From positions 92,132,001 through 92,196,000 of the forward strand of contig NC_043001.1 of the NCBI RefSeq assembly GCF_006345805.1: a DNA stretch of 64,000 bases, in the 5' to 3' direction. Below the pieces are notes generated by a model. The model saw only the letters and a list, made by a program, of their open reading frames with translations, was not told the DNA's origin and made no database searches. The position numbers were made by a program, and so were the translations under genes. The stretch comes from Octopus sinensis (Eukaryota). Shown here piece after piece: positions 38,699 through 51,565 of the stretch (positions are counted from its first letter, which is position 1; every line of letters begins with the position of its first letter).

Positions 38699-39937
38699 AA
38701 AGACATTATTCTGCTTAGCGAAGGCATCTAGAAAATATATAACTGCTGTCATTCACAGAAAAAAACTATTGTTTTACCGTGAGAAAAGCGCTGTTGAAGT
38801 GTTAAGTGAAATTTGGTTATCCAGGATCGAATCCACACTATGCCTGCATGAATCCACTATAAATAAGTTGTGGAATAAAAAATTTATCTACTGTCATGGA
38901 AAAAATATAAGTGTACAAATTCAGAATTATCGGAGTAATGGGCATTCAAACAAGTATGTATGTATAGAAATGTATGAATGAAGTCTTTACTGTTTAAGAT
39001 TCAAATTAAAGAAGTGCAATAAAAATGTTTAGCAGTTCAAAACTGTGAGTAGTGAAATGTAGAATTAGATCGGCTGATCGTGACAATCAAATATTGATCG
39101 CTTGGCTAAAATCTGCAGGTGGTATGGGTTATTTTCCTTGAGTTGTTTAAATGACATATTAGTAATAGGTAGTAGTTAGAAGGATCCATTGGATGGGCGC
39201 TATTATTGATTTTTTTCCAACAATCTAAGTATGTCACGAGGTTTCCAGACATGAGTTCTACTCACGTGTCAAATAAAGTATAAAAGTGATATTGTCTGCA
39301 AAAATTAGAAATAGGACACAAAAAATCAATATTCTAAGTAATCGGACATAAACAATGAAATGAGTTATTTCCCTTGAGTGTTTAAAAGATTGTACAGGTG
39401 CTATGGGTTATTTCCCTTGGATATTTAAAAAATAGTTACATGAGGTAGATATAAAGGTCCCATATATATGTTAGTATACGTACAAGAGAGAGAAAGAGAG
39501 AGGGAGAGAGACAGACAGACAGACAGACAGAGACAGAGACAGAGAGAGATCCATAAATGGTTTTAAGATAAACAGAGATACAGTTTATTTTGGTTTCTAA
39601 TTAGGAGAAGTATGCTCAGTAGCATGACAATTCAGCCCTATAGAATATTTATCTGTAAAGTTAATTTCTGCAAATGATTTTCTTTTATAATTCATTTTAG
39701 GCGTTGGTGTGACTGTGTGCTAAGAAGTTTGCTTCTCAGCCACATGGTTCTGGGTTCAGTCCTACATGGCACGTTGGAGGAGGAGGTGGTGGTAAGTTTA
39801 TTGCATTGACCTCTCTAGAGTCGATGTAATCAATTTACCGCTTTCCCGAAAAGTTCAGTCCTATGGCTTTTTGCAGGAGAAACTAATTATGTTCTGGAAA
39901 TTAATTCTAAAGACTTGTAGTAACTGAAATACCGGGA

Positions 39938-40530
39938 AAGGCGGTGAGCTGGCAGAAACGTTAGCACGCCGGGCGAAATGCTTAGCGGTATTTCGTCTAC
40001 CGATACGTTCTAAGTTCGCCGAGGTCGACTTTGCCTTTCATCCTTTCAGGGTCGATTAAATAAGTACCAGTTACGCACTGGGGTCGATGTAATCGACTTA
40101 ATCCGTGTGTCTGTCCTTGTTTGTTCCCTCTGTGTGTAACCCCTTGTGGGTAGTAAAGAAATTGGTATTTTGTCTGTCTTTACGTTCTGAGGTCAAATTC
40201 CGCTGAGGTGAACTTTGTTATTCATCCTTTCGGGGTCGATAAATTAAGTACCAGTTGCGCACTGGGGTCGATCTAATCGACTGGCCTCCTCCCCCAAAAT
40301 TTCGGGCCTTGTGCCTAGAATAGAAAAGAATCGCTAGCACGCCAGGCAAAATGCTAAGCGACATTTCGTCCATCTACATTCTGAGTTTAAATTTCGCCGA
40401 GTTTGACATTGCCTTTCATCCTCCGAGGTCGATAAAATAAATACCAGTAGAGTATTGAAGTCGATGTAAACGACTCACCCACTTCTCCCAAATTGCTGTC
40501 TTTAGGCTCTGAGTTAAAATTCCGCTGAGG
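39938..40530 (+). mobile_element. SINE-A multimer with mixed tails
   Basis: Head at 39938 followed by at least three body units. Confidence 0.9.
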
Positions 40531-40919
40531 TCTGTCAAAGTTTTACAGGGTTTTCGAATTCTTATACCAGCTGGAATTCAAAGGATTTTCAAGACGTGTT
40601 TTTTCTTCTTTTTTTTTTTTTGCTACTACTGAGGAGAATGTAGTTTTGCTTTACTGAACCGTGTGGTTTCTTAATTGTTAATAATTGTTTATTTGTTACC
40701 ATTTTTTACTGTTCTCGGTGTCCTTTTCGACACACTACCTGCATGAGCAGGGTTGTTATTTTAAATTCTCCCTTTTAGGAGCGATTTTTTGTGCAAGTTT
40801 TTTCACACATGGATACCGAACTGGAAAATAAGATGCAGGCAGACGAACTGTATCAGAATACGTTCCCCTTCCTCCCAGGTTGTGAAACAAGGGAAAGGGA
40901 GAATATACCCGAATAAGAA

Positions 40920-42345
40920 ATGCAAACAGAAGCAAACTCGGAAAATAACAACGAAGCTAACTTTGCGTCTGTGGCCAGTTTTACAAGTGAAACTGTGCAG
41001 GTCGGCCCGGACGTACTAGCGAATTACATGTGTTTAAACAAAAAGGAAGGAACCAATGTAAAACTGAACCCACTTGGTGATGTAATACACATTACAAAGA
41101 GGCAAACAATTGTATATACAAAACGTTGTCACTTAAAACGAAAAAAAAACGAAAAAGCTACTAACGAGTCAGTTGAAAAATGCCATCAGCCGATATGGAA
41201 AAAATAACGTACATAAACAGAGGAAAGCGCTACAGAACTGTCGAAGCAAGATTCGCTTCCGAGAAAGAAGCGAAGAAACATTCGACAACTCCCCTAATGT
41301 CAACTGAACTAATGCTTCTGCCAACATATTTAGGCAAGAGGACATCAAAAGTAAAACTAGGTATGATACCTCCGGAAATCGACGTGGCGTGGTTGGTGGC
41401 AGCTATATTGCTTAACTTGCAGGATAAAATCACCATCCTTCAAGCCACCAAGTTGCGCCAGCAGAACTGGTGGGGCCAGGGCATAGAACTCATAATTCAA
41501 GCCACTCAGTAAGATTTAGAAGAATTACTAGATGAAATTTTTCTCCCGGATGAAACAATTCTAAAAGAATTAGTGGAGGGGTGAAGGCCAAGATACTACC
41601 TGTGCGGTATGAAAGGACATATTAAAACTGAATGCACACAAGACAGAACATCAATAGCATCCCCTATAGCCACTAAACCCTCACCACAAACTGAAAAGGC
41701 CGCAGGAACCCCAAAAGAGACGACCAATACTGTGACAAAACAACACACACCAATAATAGTGCGAGAAGGGACAAAACAACATAAGAGAGACGCCCCTGAG
41801 AAAACAACTTCAGTGGCATCTGAAGAAGTAGAGAATGAATGGAGGGAGGTAAAAAAGAAAGACGCAAGAAGATGAACAACTCCCACACACACTCTACCAC
41901 ACAAAATACCGAAACACCCACATGCACTCCCCACCCACACACAACTCAGATGTCCAACCCGCTACCAACAGATACAGTAATAAACATAACCGCATTCAAT
42001 ACGAACAACACTAACTTAGTACAAATGATGAGCAAAATTGAAAATATATCACCATATGCAGCCCCAGTGCACCCAAACATACCGAAAATATAAAAAATTT
42101 TATACATAGACAACATGTCATAGGTAGATTTAAAAGGAAAATATACAAATGACATAGGATCATTACAGAGAACTTTTACGAAACATGTTTATACTTATTT
42201 CAAAAGAAATACTATACGAACTACAACACTCAGAAAAAACCACCCTAGCTAAAATGTACAACATTGATGCACACCTCCTTCCGAAAAGAAGCTTGAACTC
42301 GGTTCATTTTCTTATAATTAACTTTTTTTTTAATTTCTAATTTTC
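40920..42345 (+). pseudogene. LINE ORF1/gag-like protein (RRM-like region plus CCHC knuckle), disrupted
   Basis: RGKRYRTVEARF...PTYLGKR; knuckle YYLCGMKGHIKTEC at 41591-41635 (first Cys lost); stops and frameshifts; no downstream RT on this strand. Confidence 0.7.
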
Positions 42346-42639
42346 CCTGTTATGATTTAAGACAACACGGCCGGGGGACTGTGAAGTCGTGTATAAAACA
42401 AATGGAGAACAGGACCTTTTTTTTAAAGAAAGAAAAAGAGAAAGCAACAAAAATAAAAAACAGAAATATTAATAAATAAATAAAAACAAAGAAAGAGAAG
42501 AAAGAAAAGAAGGAATAAAAATAAATAAATAGAATAAAATAAAATAGACTACACCCTACTACACATTCACTCGTCTGTCACTCATAAATTTTATTGCAGT
42601 TCTACAAGAAGTAACATTAGAAGACTACCACGCGTTTAC

Positions 42640-45600
42640 AGACTCTTGTAGAGCCACCACTTTTTATAAAATTCCTCTTGCTTGCTTTCATTGTGTGATC
42701 TGTTTCCTGTTTTTCTTTTTTTCAATTAGATATCTGTCGTGCACAAAGTATCTAAAATGTTTGAAGCTGAGAATGGTTTTTAACACTCTGCTTTTATATA
42801 AACAAAAGTTTTATATATATAAACAAAAATTTAGCTAATAATATTTAGCAAGTCAAAGATACCATCAGTATATGAGTTTTTTCTCAACCTGAACAGAATG
42901 AGCCGTGGGTCAAGTTTCATGTTGCGAGCATGTATACACTTTTCATACGGCAAATCTAAGAAGCGTTGCCAGAAGGCCTTTACACATTCACAATACCAGA
43001 AAAGGCGTGATACCGTCTCCACCTTACGTTGACAAAAAGTGCACAGGTTGCTTTCGGCTAATTTAATCTTGAATAGTAAAGAATTAGTTGCTAGAATATT
43101 GTGTATAATTCTGAACTGGAGCCATTGTAGTTTAGTACCTGTTGTTTTTATAGATAGTAAAAATGTTTTTTCCCATTCTAGTTCAGCAAGCATATACTCT
43201 TCCCATTTGTGTTTGAATATTGAACAAGCATTAACAATTTAAAACATAGTAGTATCGTTTGACCCTTTCTTAACAGACAAGGGCTTTCGGACAGCTGTAT
43301 TATTCTCTAAATGTTGGAAAGCAGTGGATTTGCTTATTTTAAACTTTCTTTCGTAGCTTAATGGCCCTGATAAGCCCATTATAGTGGAGAAAATTTGTAT
43401 CTAGTTTTTAAAAATTCTGGAATTCTTCCAGGGCGCGGTAAGATCCATCTAAATTGATAGTCACAAATCTGGCTAGTTCCTCTCTCAAAACACGCAGGAA
43501 AAGAGATTAACTCTTTACCGACGCTTAAGTGTTTATAAAAGTAAATTGGTTCTGTTATGAATTCATCAGATGAATTAGGCTCTGCCTTGTTTATAAACTT
43601 GTCAAAGGCAGAAATACAATCATGCCAAAAATCCTTCCTGATAGTGTTGGCTAGTTTGCTCGGAAAAACGTTACCAAATGCAGCTAAATTTTTCAGTTTA
43701 TTTGAGGAGTCATAGCATGAGTGTTTCCATTTGGATTCACCGTGAATGTTCAGCAACTTTTTCATCCAGGATAGCTTTAAAGAGCTGACGTAAGCAAAAG
43801 TTTCGACCATACCAAGTCCACCTTCCTTAACAGGCTTACAAGCAAGAACTCTCTAAAATTTTATCAGGTTTTCCACTCTAGAGAAATTTAAATAATATTT
43901 TGTTTAGTTCCTACAGAAATTTACCCGGTGGATTCGGGAGAGTAAGGAAGAGGTTGTTCAATTTTTAAATGAGTAGTGATTTTATAACCGCAATTCTACC
44001 CGGTGGTGTAATTATTCTTTTCATCCATTTATTTATTATTACCTGAATTCAAGTAATTTATTTTCAAAATTCTTTTTGGTCATATCCTTTAAATTTATTG
44101 AGAATATTACACTCAGAAGCGTGAAGTGATCTGGGTTCCATTTTTATATTTAAATTAGGTAAGTTTCTGACTAAACTGCCCTTTCTTGAACCTAATAATA
44201 TCACCTGGGACTTATGATAGTTAATTTTAAGTCCGGATATATCAGCGAAAAAACTCAAGGTGTCAACTGTAGCTTCAAAAGACTCTTGTGATTCGTCTAA
44301 AATGAACTCTGTATTGCCTGCGTATTGCGTCAACAGATACTCCCCATCATCAACTTTAATTCCTTTAATGTCTCGGCTTTTTTCTTATAAGACCAGCCAG
44401 GACCTCGACGCAGAGGATAAAAATATATGGAGAGAGAGAATCGCTCTGTCTACAGCCCACTCAATAGGGGGCCAAGAAGACAATGTATCGTTAATTGTCA
44501 GACTAGATCTAGCACCATGGTACAGAATATTGAACCACTTGCGGATGTCATCACCAAAACCAAAAAGAAAAAAGCTAATGTGATGTTGATAAATGACCAT
44601 GAGACAGGATCAAATTCCTTCTCAAAATCTATTAAAAACAACATTCCCGGTATATCATTTGATTCTGTGTAGTTCATCATATTATATATCAATCTTACGT
44701 TTTCCCCAATCTATCTATTAGATATGAATCCTGTTTGATCAGTACTAACCAGCTTTGGAAGGATACTTTCGAACCTCTCAGCAATAACAGATGAGAGTAG
44801 TTTGTAGGCAGTATTGAGAAGTGAAATCGGTCTCCAGTTCTCCAAAAACGCTTCGGCTTATCTCCTTTTGGAATACAAGTAATAATACCTTGCCTCTGTG
44901 TCACTGACAGATAACCCTTAGCAAAACTATAGTTGAATGAACGCAACAAAAAGAGAGATAAATCTTTCCAAAAGAATTTATAAAAATCACAGATGATCCC
45001 ATCCGAACCTGGACTTTTATTGTTCTTTGCCATTTCAAAAGTTCATCGTGAGTTATTGGGCATTCCAATAAATCAGAATCTCCCTTACTACGCCTATACA
45101 GGTTCCCTTCAGAAAAAAGTTCAAGATCACAATCATTCAGCACATGCTCCTTAGCAAAATACAAGCTTTCGTAAAATGATGTTGCTTCAAGAACAATATT
45201 CTTTGTATTTTCTATAGTAGATCCATTATCTAGCTGTAATTGGGCCATATCTTTACTTACAAAATTCCCATTTTTTAGATTGCAAAAATAACAGCTAACC
45301 TTTTCCCCTTCATCTATCCACTTGGCCTTTGTGCGAATTATGATACCCTCCATTTTTGCTTTACGAATCTCTAATTCTTTTCTTTTTTCCTCGAGTTTTT
45401 CAATTTCTACCAAATTGGTTTCCAGTTGATTAATATCATCTAGTAGATCTTGTTCTCTTTTTACTCTAGATTTTTTTCTTAAGAATGAAGAGTATGGAAT
45501 AGTTTTCCTTCTGATTTCCATTAACAGAGTTTCCATAAGAGATTATTTATAATAAATTTAATCTTAGGCATATTAACTGAACTAATATCTCTGTCAGCAT

Positions 45601-46400
45601 CTAAAGCGGAGGTGTATTGCTTAACCACGCCGCTAATGGTTTCTTTCACCTCTGAGACGTATTTGGGATCTCTTAAAAGGGAGCTATTAAATTTCCAATA
45701 TGTACTTTTATGGTCTTCTTCTTTGGAAAATTTTATTTTGATGTCTCCAATAGAATGGTCTGATCTGTACCCAACCTTTACAGAGGACTGGCAAATGAAT
45801 GAATACAAATTCTGTGACACCAGAAAGAAATCTAGCCTTGCGTGTCTAATAGGCTTTGAACGTCTCCATGTTTCTAGGTTATAATCTCTCCAAATATCTA
45901 CAAGGTCAAGGTCCCCTATCATATCGATCACTTGATTTCTAGCGTTAGGATTATTTATATGCTGATAATTGGAAGTATCTAAAGACTGTTGCAAACAAAG
46001 ATTAAAGTCCTCAGCTATAATACAATGAGAGTGTCCAAAGTTCTTCATTTTATCCACTTTGGAGATCACTGGATAAGGTAGGCTAATTCCTCTCATATGC
46101 TCGGTTAATCCATAATATGACTGGCGTTAAAATTTCCTTATCTTTTCATAAGCAAATAACAGTACGCCTGATCTTTCTATACAATCCCACACGAGTGGGA
46201 TAGTTATGACGAATATTCTGCTTCATGACACAAAAGAGATGTCCCCAAAAGTCTAGACTATCCAAATATATTTTTATGAAAATGTTAAAACTGACGCTTT
46301 TACATGTTAGATAATACCATTCCTTAACCTATAAGGCTTTTGGCTGTTCATAGAACATGATGGTACCACTACATTGTTTCTATACAGACACTTCTCATCA
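42640..46400 (-). pseudogene. L1/Tx1-type LINE ORF2 (APE endonuclease + RT + C-terminal Cys motif), decayed
   Basis: EDFN, ARLDFFLVS, SDHS, WKFNSSLL, KSPGSDG, WRPIS region, IDFEKEFD, QYAGNT (YADD mutated), CTFC...ETV..LFWYC; many frameshifts. Confidence 0.92.
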
Positions 46401-46907
46401 ATATTGAAATTCTTCTTTACTATACCAGTAAGCAAATATGTATATAGTCCTCATACACAACACTATGCTTGTACTAAACATTAGAAGCTACAAAAAAACG
46501 CGCGCGGTTAGATGGATGCGCTTAGCGCGCGACAATTTTTCCATTTAGGTTTCGGATTTTATTGATAACAGCATTAAATTCCCACTGTTGCTTGTACGTC
46601 AATAATGAGAGAAAAAATAATATGGGCTTGAACTTGGTACTCCTTTGCTTCATCTGTTACATATGCTTCAGCGTTCGCTAAAACATGCTGTCACACTATA
46701 GATGGAGTCCATAGATGCATTTCTTAAGGGCTTTATGCATAAGCAAAGACATCTTCAAACAGATGAAAGAGAAATATGTCCGTCTGCCTGTGTATGTATG
46801 TATGTGTATGTATGTATGTATGTATGTATGTATGTATGTATGTATGTATGTATGTATGTATGTATGTACGTAAACATACCTGCATACATTATTTTGAGTA
46901 TATTTAC

Positions 46908-47122
46908 GGGAAGGAGCTGAAAAGTTCCAGGCTTTAAGGGTATCGCGAGAGGCATGGTTAGAGACCCAGCCTTGCAAGTTCTTTTACTGGGCTTTGCAAA
47001 ACTGAAGGACCGCTGCAATAAGTGTGTGAATCTGAGAGAGGAATATTTTGAATAAAATCATATTTAACTGATTTCCCTGAATATCTTTTACCCAAAGCCA
47101 GGAACCTTTCCGCACCATCTCA
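46908..47122 (+). mobile_element. Mariner internal-deletion derivative, same family as 22560-22782
   Basis: GCTGAAAAGTTCCAGGCT...GCAATAAGTGTGTGAATCTGAGAG...AGCCAGGAACCTTTCCGCAC. Confidence 0.8.
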
Positions 47123-47197
47123 TATATGTTCAACATAAGGAGAATCGGTGGAGCATTCTCAGCAAAACAAATGTAAATGCACCATGTCTCATGCTTC

Positions 47198-47242
<45 letters not shown>

Positions 47243-47587
47243 CATAGCAAGTTTACACAATGTAAATAGATATTTATTTCAACTTCAGTGAAAGAGAGAG
47301 AGAGCAATTATGGACAACTGCTTCTTAAATGTTCAGCTTCTCTCTATAGATTATGTATTGACATTTTATTGGCCATAATCACATTACATTTGCTTATTGT
47401 TACTAAATTTTTAGGCAGTGATTAAGGCAAACCCTAGGCTTTCAAACAAAGAAGAGTAACCAGTTAATACGTTTACAACGGATATCATAAATATCCACTC
47501 AAAATATCCTTAACTACAGAATCTAGTGTTATATACAAATTTATCTCTTGGTGAGGAATATCATGGCAGAAACTATTTTCTATTGAG

Positions 47588-47983
47588 GTGGCTGAAACGT
47601 TAGCACGCCGGGCAAAATGTTTAGCGGTATTTCGTCTGCCGCTACGTTCTGAGTTCAAATTCCGCCGAGGTCAACTTTGCCTTTCATCATTTAAATTAGT
47701 ATCAGTTTCACACTGGGGTCGATGTAATCGACTTAATCTGTGTGTCTGTCCTTGTTTGTTTCCTCTGAGTTTAGCCCCTTGTGGGTAGTAAAGAAATAGG
47801 TATTTCGTCTGTCGTTCAGTTCTGAGTTAACATTCCGCCGAGGTCGACTTAACCTTTCATCATTTCCGGGTCGATAAATTAAGTACCAGTTGCGTAGTGT
47901 GGTCGATATAATCGACTTAATCCGTTTGTCTGTCCTTGTTTGTCCCCTCTGTGTGTGGCCCCTTGTGGGCAGTAAAGAAAAAC
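47588..47983 (+). mobile_element. SINE-A dimer
   Basis: 19-bp TSD GAAACTATTTTCT(A/G)TTGAG (47569-47587 / 47984-48002). Confidence 0.9.
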
Positions 47984-48198
47984 GAAACTATTTTCTGTTG
48001 AGATATGTCAAGTTTATTGAGACAACGTAACAAACAGAAAATACCAATTTTTCTTGTGGAAGATAATTAACACCATTACTAGAATAACCAGGAAGATTAA
48101 TTTCGCAGTGAATGGGTTAACAGGGCTTCTGAAAAGTTCCTCTCGAAGTAAAAAAATAAAAATAATTTATTTTGAAAAGCTCAAAAGTTTTTATACTG

Positions 48199-48338
48199 TT
48201 CTGTTGTGTCTGGGGAGAGTCATTTTCTTTTTGTGCCTTATAATGGAACACACACACCGGTAAAATTTCCACTTTTTTTCTTATTTTTATTTTCCTAAAA
48301 TTTTCGTTGCGTCTTGCAACCTTTTCAATAGTTTTGAC
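48199..48338. mobile_element. Half copy of the foldback element at 14939-15171
   Basis: Near-identical left arm and core. Confidence 0.85.
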
Positions 48339-49043
48339 TCTCTTTTTACGGTTGTTATCTAAATTCTGATAGTGTAGCTCTGTTTCTTGCTTTCAAACTA
48401 GCCCCATTTTACAAGAAATATTCTAAGAATTAAAAATATTTTAAAAGATAAAGCAATTTTTATGCATACAAATCAACACTACCTGCACCTACTTTGTACT
48501 TCCGAGAGGGCTTTTTAGTTATATTTTAATTTTTTTGTTGTTGTTGCATTTCTGCTTCTTTGTGCATTTGCGTAGCATTCTTTACTTACGTTCTCCCCCT
48601 ATCCACACGTCTGTGTGCAAATATATACGTGTGTGTATGTGTGTGTGTGAGCATGCGTGCGTGCGTGTGTTCTGTTTCAATCATTATTTGCTCTTGGCTA
48701 CGGAAATATTCTGTTACATAATAAAATACAAAGGTTGTTATTCGATATCTAAGTCTTAGTTAACAAACAAACCTATAAAAATATGGCATCATTGATCGTG
48801 TATTTAATGTAGTGAACATATAGAGCACACTAGGCACAAGCACGCACGCACGCACGCGCGTGCACACACTCACACACACACACATACGCATGTATATATA
48901 CATATACACTAGCATACCGCTTTTCAAAAATACTGACAATTTTGCTAATGATAGAAAATGGTGTATCAATTCAATGAGAGAAGTCACTGACAAATACCAG
49001 CAATCTAGTAAGTATATACCTATACACATACATACATACATAC

Positions 49044-49078
<35 letters not shown>

Positions 49079-49106
49079 TGTATGTATGTATGTATGTATG
49101 TATGTA

Positions 49107-49137
<31 letters not shown>

Positions 49138-49180
49138 ATGTATGTATGTATGTATGTATGTATGTATGTATGTATACATA

Positions 49181-49521
49181 TTGTTGGCACTCCGTCGGTT
49201 ATAACGTCGAGTGTTCCTGTTAATCCGATCAACGGAACAGCCTACTCGTGAAATTAACGTGCAAGTGGCCGAAGACTCCACAGACACGCATACCCTTAAC
49301 GTAGTTCTCGGGGAGATTCAGCATTACACAGAGTGTAACAAGGCTGGCCCTTACAAATACAGGTGCAACAGAAACAGGAAGAGTGAGAGAAAGTTGTGGT
49401 GAAAGAGTACAGCAGGGTTCACCCCCACCCCTGCCGGAGACTCGTGGAGCTTTAGGTGCTTTTGCTCAATAAACTGAGACCACGAGACCGCTGACCTAAC
49501 CACTGGGCCATTGCGCCTTCA
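49181..49521 (-). mobile_element. SINE-C, tail type 2 (head partly deleted)
   Basis: Reverse complement of the 35641-36026 type. Confidence 0.85.
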
Positions 49522-49810
49522 CAATGTGTGTATATATATATATATATATGTATACACAGAAGGTATTGGATATATATGAAGAATTCCATAGTATCCGTAG
49601 ACAAATAGATAAATAAAGCAAAATGGAATGAGCGACATTCATTGTATAAAAATCAATACAATTGTTTCAACACTGTTTTTGACATCCCTAGAAGGTACCC
49701 TGGTGAAATGTCGTGTAATCATTATCATACATCCAAGTTGCAAAATGCCCCGCCTCAGGTGATTGTTTAAATAAGTCCGTCACAAGATCCTACCGTCATT
49801 TCACTCAGTG

Positions 49811-50924
49811 TTAAAATGCCTTCTTAAGGTGGTTTTCGCTACTGCAGAGGTAACATTTTGACTTTCGCCCCTCTATAGTAACGTGCAGCCTGGTTCCGTC
49901 TGGTAAATTTACCGAGTCAGGTATGGCATTAATGTTTTCCTGCTGGATTTGTACCAGCAGTTGAACACCCATACCTGACCAGTTCTTCTCTCTCACCCTT
50001 CGTACATCTAGAATAGTGACAGTGTCCTCTATGTCATAGAGGACAGCCGCCACCAGCCATGATATACTGAGCTCGGGGGGTACAGTATCTATTTTTTATT
50101 TTTTGCACCCTCCGCCCAAGGTATGATAGGACCAGAAATAAATTTTCATTTTGCAAGGGCGAAATGGCATGCGCCCTTGCATCCTCTTCCGTTGGGAAGC
50201 GAACCTCCACGGTCCCGTAACGCTTCCCTCTTGTGACATAGCTCTTTTTGGCCCATATGGGTTTCAGAGCTATTTCCAATTGTTGGGGTGCTGCATTTGT
50301 TACTTTTTTGCTTTACTTATTGAAGACTTTGTAAATTACTGTTTTTTTGTTTGTTTCGTTTATGAGTTGTTGAGGTGTATTGAGGAAAACACTGTTTCCC
50401 TCTTTTCTCAACAACTCCTTTGCGGATTTTATTTCATTTATTGTAACTTTTACTTCCTCCGAGTTTTCTTTTATGATGGAGGCGAAATTGCAATGGTGGC
50501 TTGTTGTGTTGTTGCTGGTGGTGGTGTCGGTGCGGCTGCTTGTTATTTTCCTTGTTTCCCCCTCCGGCACTGTTGCACTGGTGGAAGGAAGAGAAGGAAA
50601 ATCCTTGTTGATGTCAAAGGTGACGCCATCTTTGTTGCTTTTCTTTGCAACGGTCTTTCCTCCGTCCCTCTTCACTACTGGGACGCTGGTAGAGGGAAGA
50701 GGAGAGAAATCTTCGAAGACGTCAAAAGTGACGCCTTCGTTTTTATTTTCATTTTTTGGAACGACATGTTCCATCGGAAAGTTGTCTTTGCCTTTTAAGG
50801 CACGAAATGGGCGGTTCAGAGCCGCTAACGAAATTTTTTCGTGTGGGGGGTGTGATGCTACAAGGAGAGAAGAGCCAGTTCTTTTCAAAGACATTTTGGA
50901 AATTTGGAAATAAAATGTGTGCAA
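49811..50924 (-). pseudogene. Second, divergent ORF1/gag-like protein with CCHC knuckle
   Basis: RGKRYGTVEVRFPTEEDARAH...SYLGRR; CYLCSSENHLKKAF (last Cys lost); N-terminal tandem motif GVTFD...DF..LPSTS twice. Confidence 0.7.
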
Positions 50925-51114
50925 AAGTCAATATTTCAAACAGTGATTTTACCCCCAATGGGGTAAAATTTTGCCTAACCAACTAGCTCCGCAAGAAGTT
51001 AGTTGGTTTGGCCACACAAATATCCAAAAATATTTACAATTTCAATCAATTTTTCAACAGAAATGGTGCAAAACTTACACAGCTTCTGGAGACACGTCCG
51101 TCCGCTTTGAAAGC

Positions 51115-51183
<69 letters not shown>

Positions 51184-51358
51184 TATAACAAAAACAACAA
51201 CAACAACAACAACAATATCGAAAAATACCTTAGGAATGAGAACCCAGGTTCGAAATTCCCCCAAGACACCTGATGAAGGCTGGAGGTTGTATCAGCCGAA
51301 ACGTCGTGGTAACAACAAACAAGATGAGGACAAATATCCGCCAAATGTAAATAATGTA
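51115..51358 (+). mobile_element. (AAT)n-associated hammerhead-bearing element
   Basis: (AAT)n/(AAC)n then GAAAAATACCTTAGGAATGAGAACCC...hammerhead...AAACAAGATGAGGACAAATATC; homolog at 59285-59430 (-). Confidence 0.75.
51265..51310 (+). ncRNA. Minimal type I hammerhead ribozyme, intact core
   Basis: CAC-CUGAUGA-A-GGCUG(10 nt)CAGCC-GAAAC-GUC-GUG; palindromic ACGU in place of helix III; GUC triplet ending 51305. Confidence 0.8.
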
Positions 51359-51391
51359 TATATATATATATATATATGAAACTTACATATA

Positions 51392-51565
51392 TATGGCGGA
51401 CGTCTTTCCGTTTCCGTCTACCGAACCCAATCACAAGGCCTTGGTCGGCCCCAAGCTAGAATATACTTACTCCCAAGACACTTACTCCCAAGGTGCCATG
51501 CAGTGGGACTGAACCGGAACTATGTGTTTGGGAACCGAACTTCTTAATACACACCGAAGCCTGCA
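51392..51565 (-). mobile_element. SINE-B 5' half
   Basis: TTTCCGTCTACC...CCCAAGGTGCCATGCAGTGGGACTGAACC. Confidence 0.75.

Noticed and set aside
42640-46400. Active L1 or mariner (also 17091-18289)
   Set aside because: Multiple stops and frameshifts; catalytic YADD reads YAGN in the L1 and the mariner HD motif reads HNN.
50151-50913. Plus-strand 215-aa and 177-aa ORFs
   Set aside because: Antisense shadows of the minus-strand ORF1-like pseudogene.
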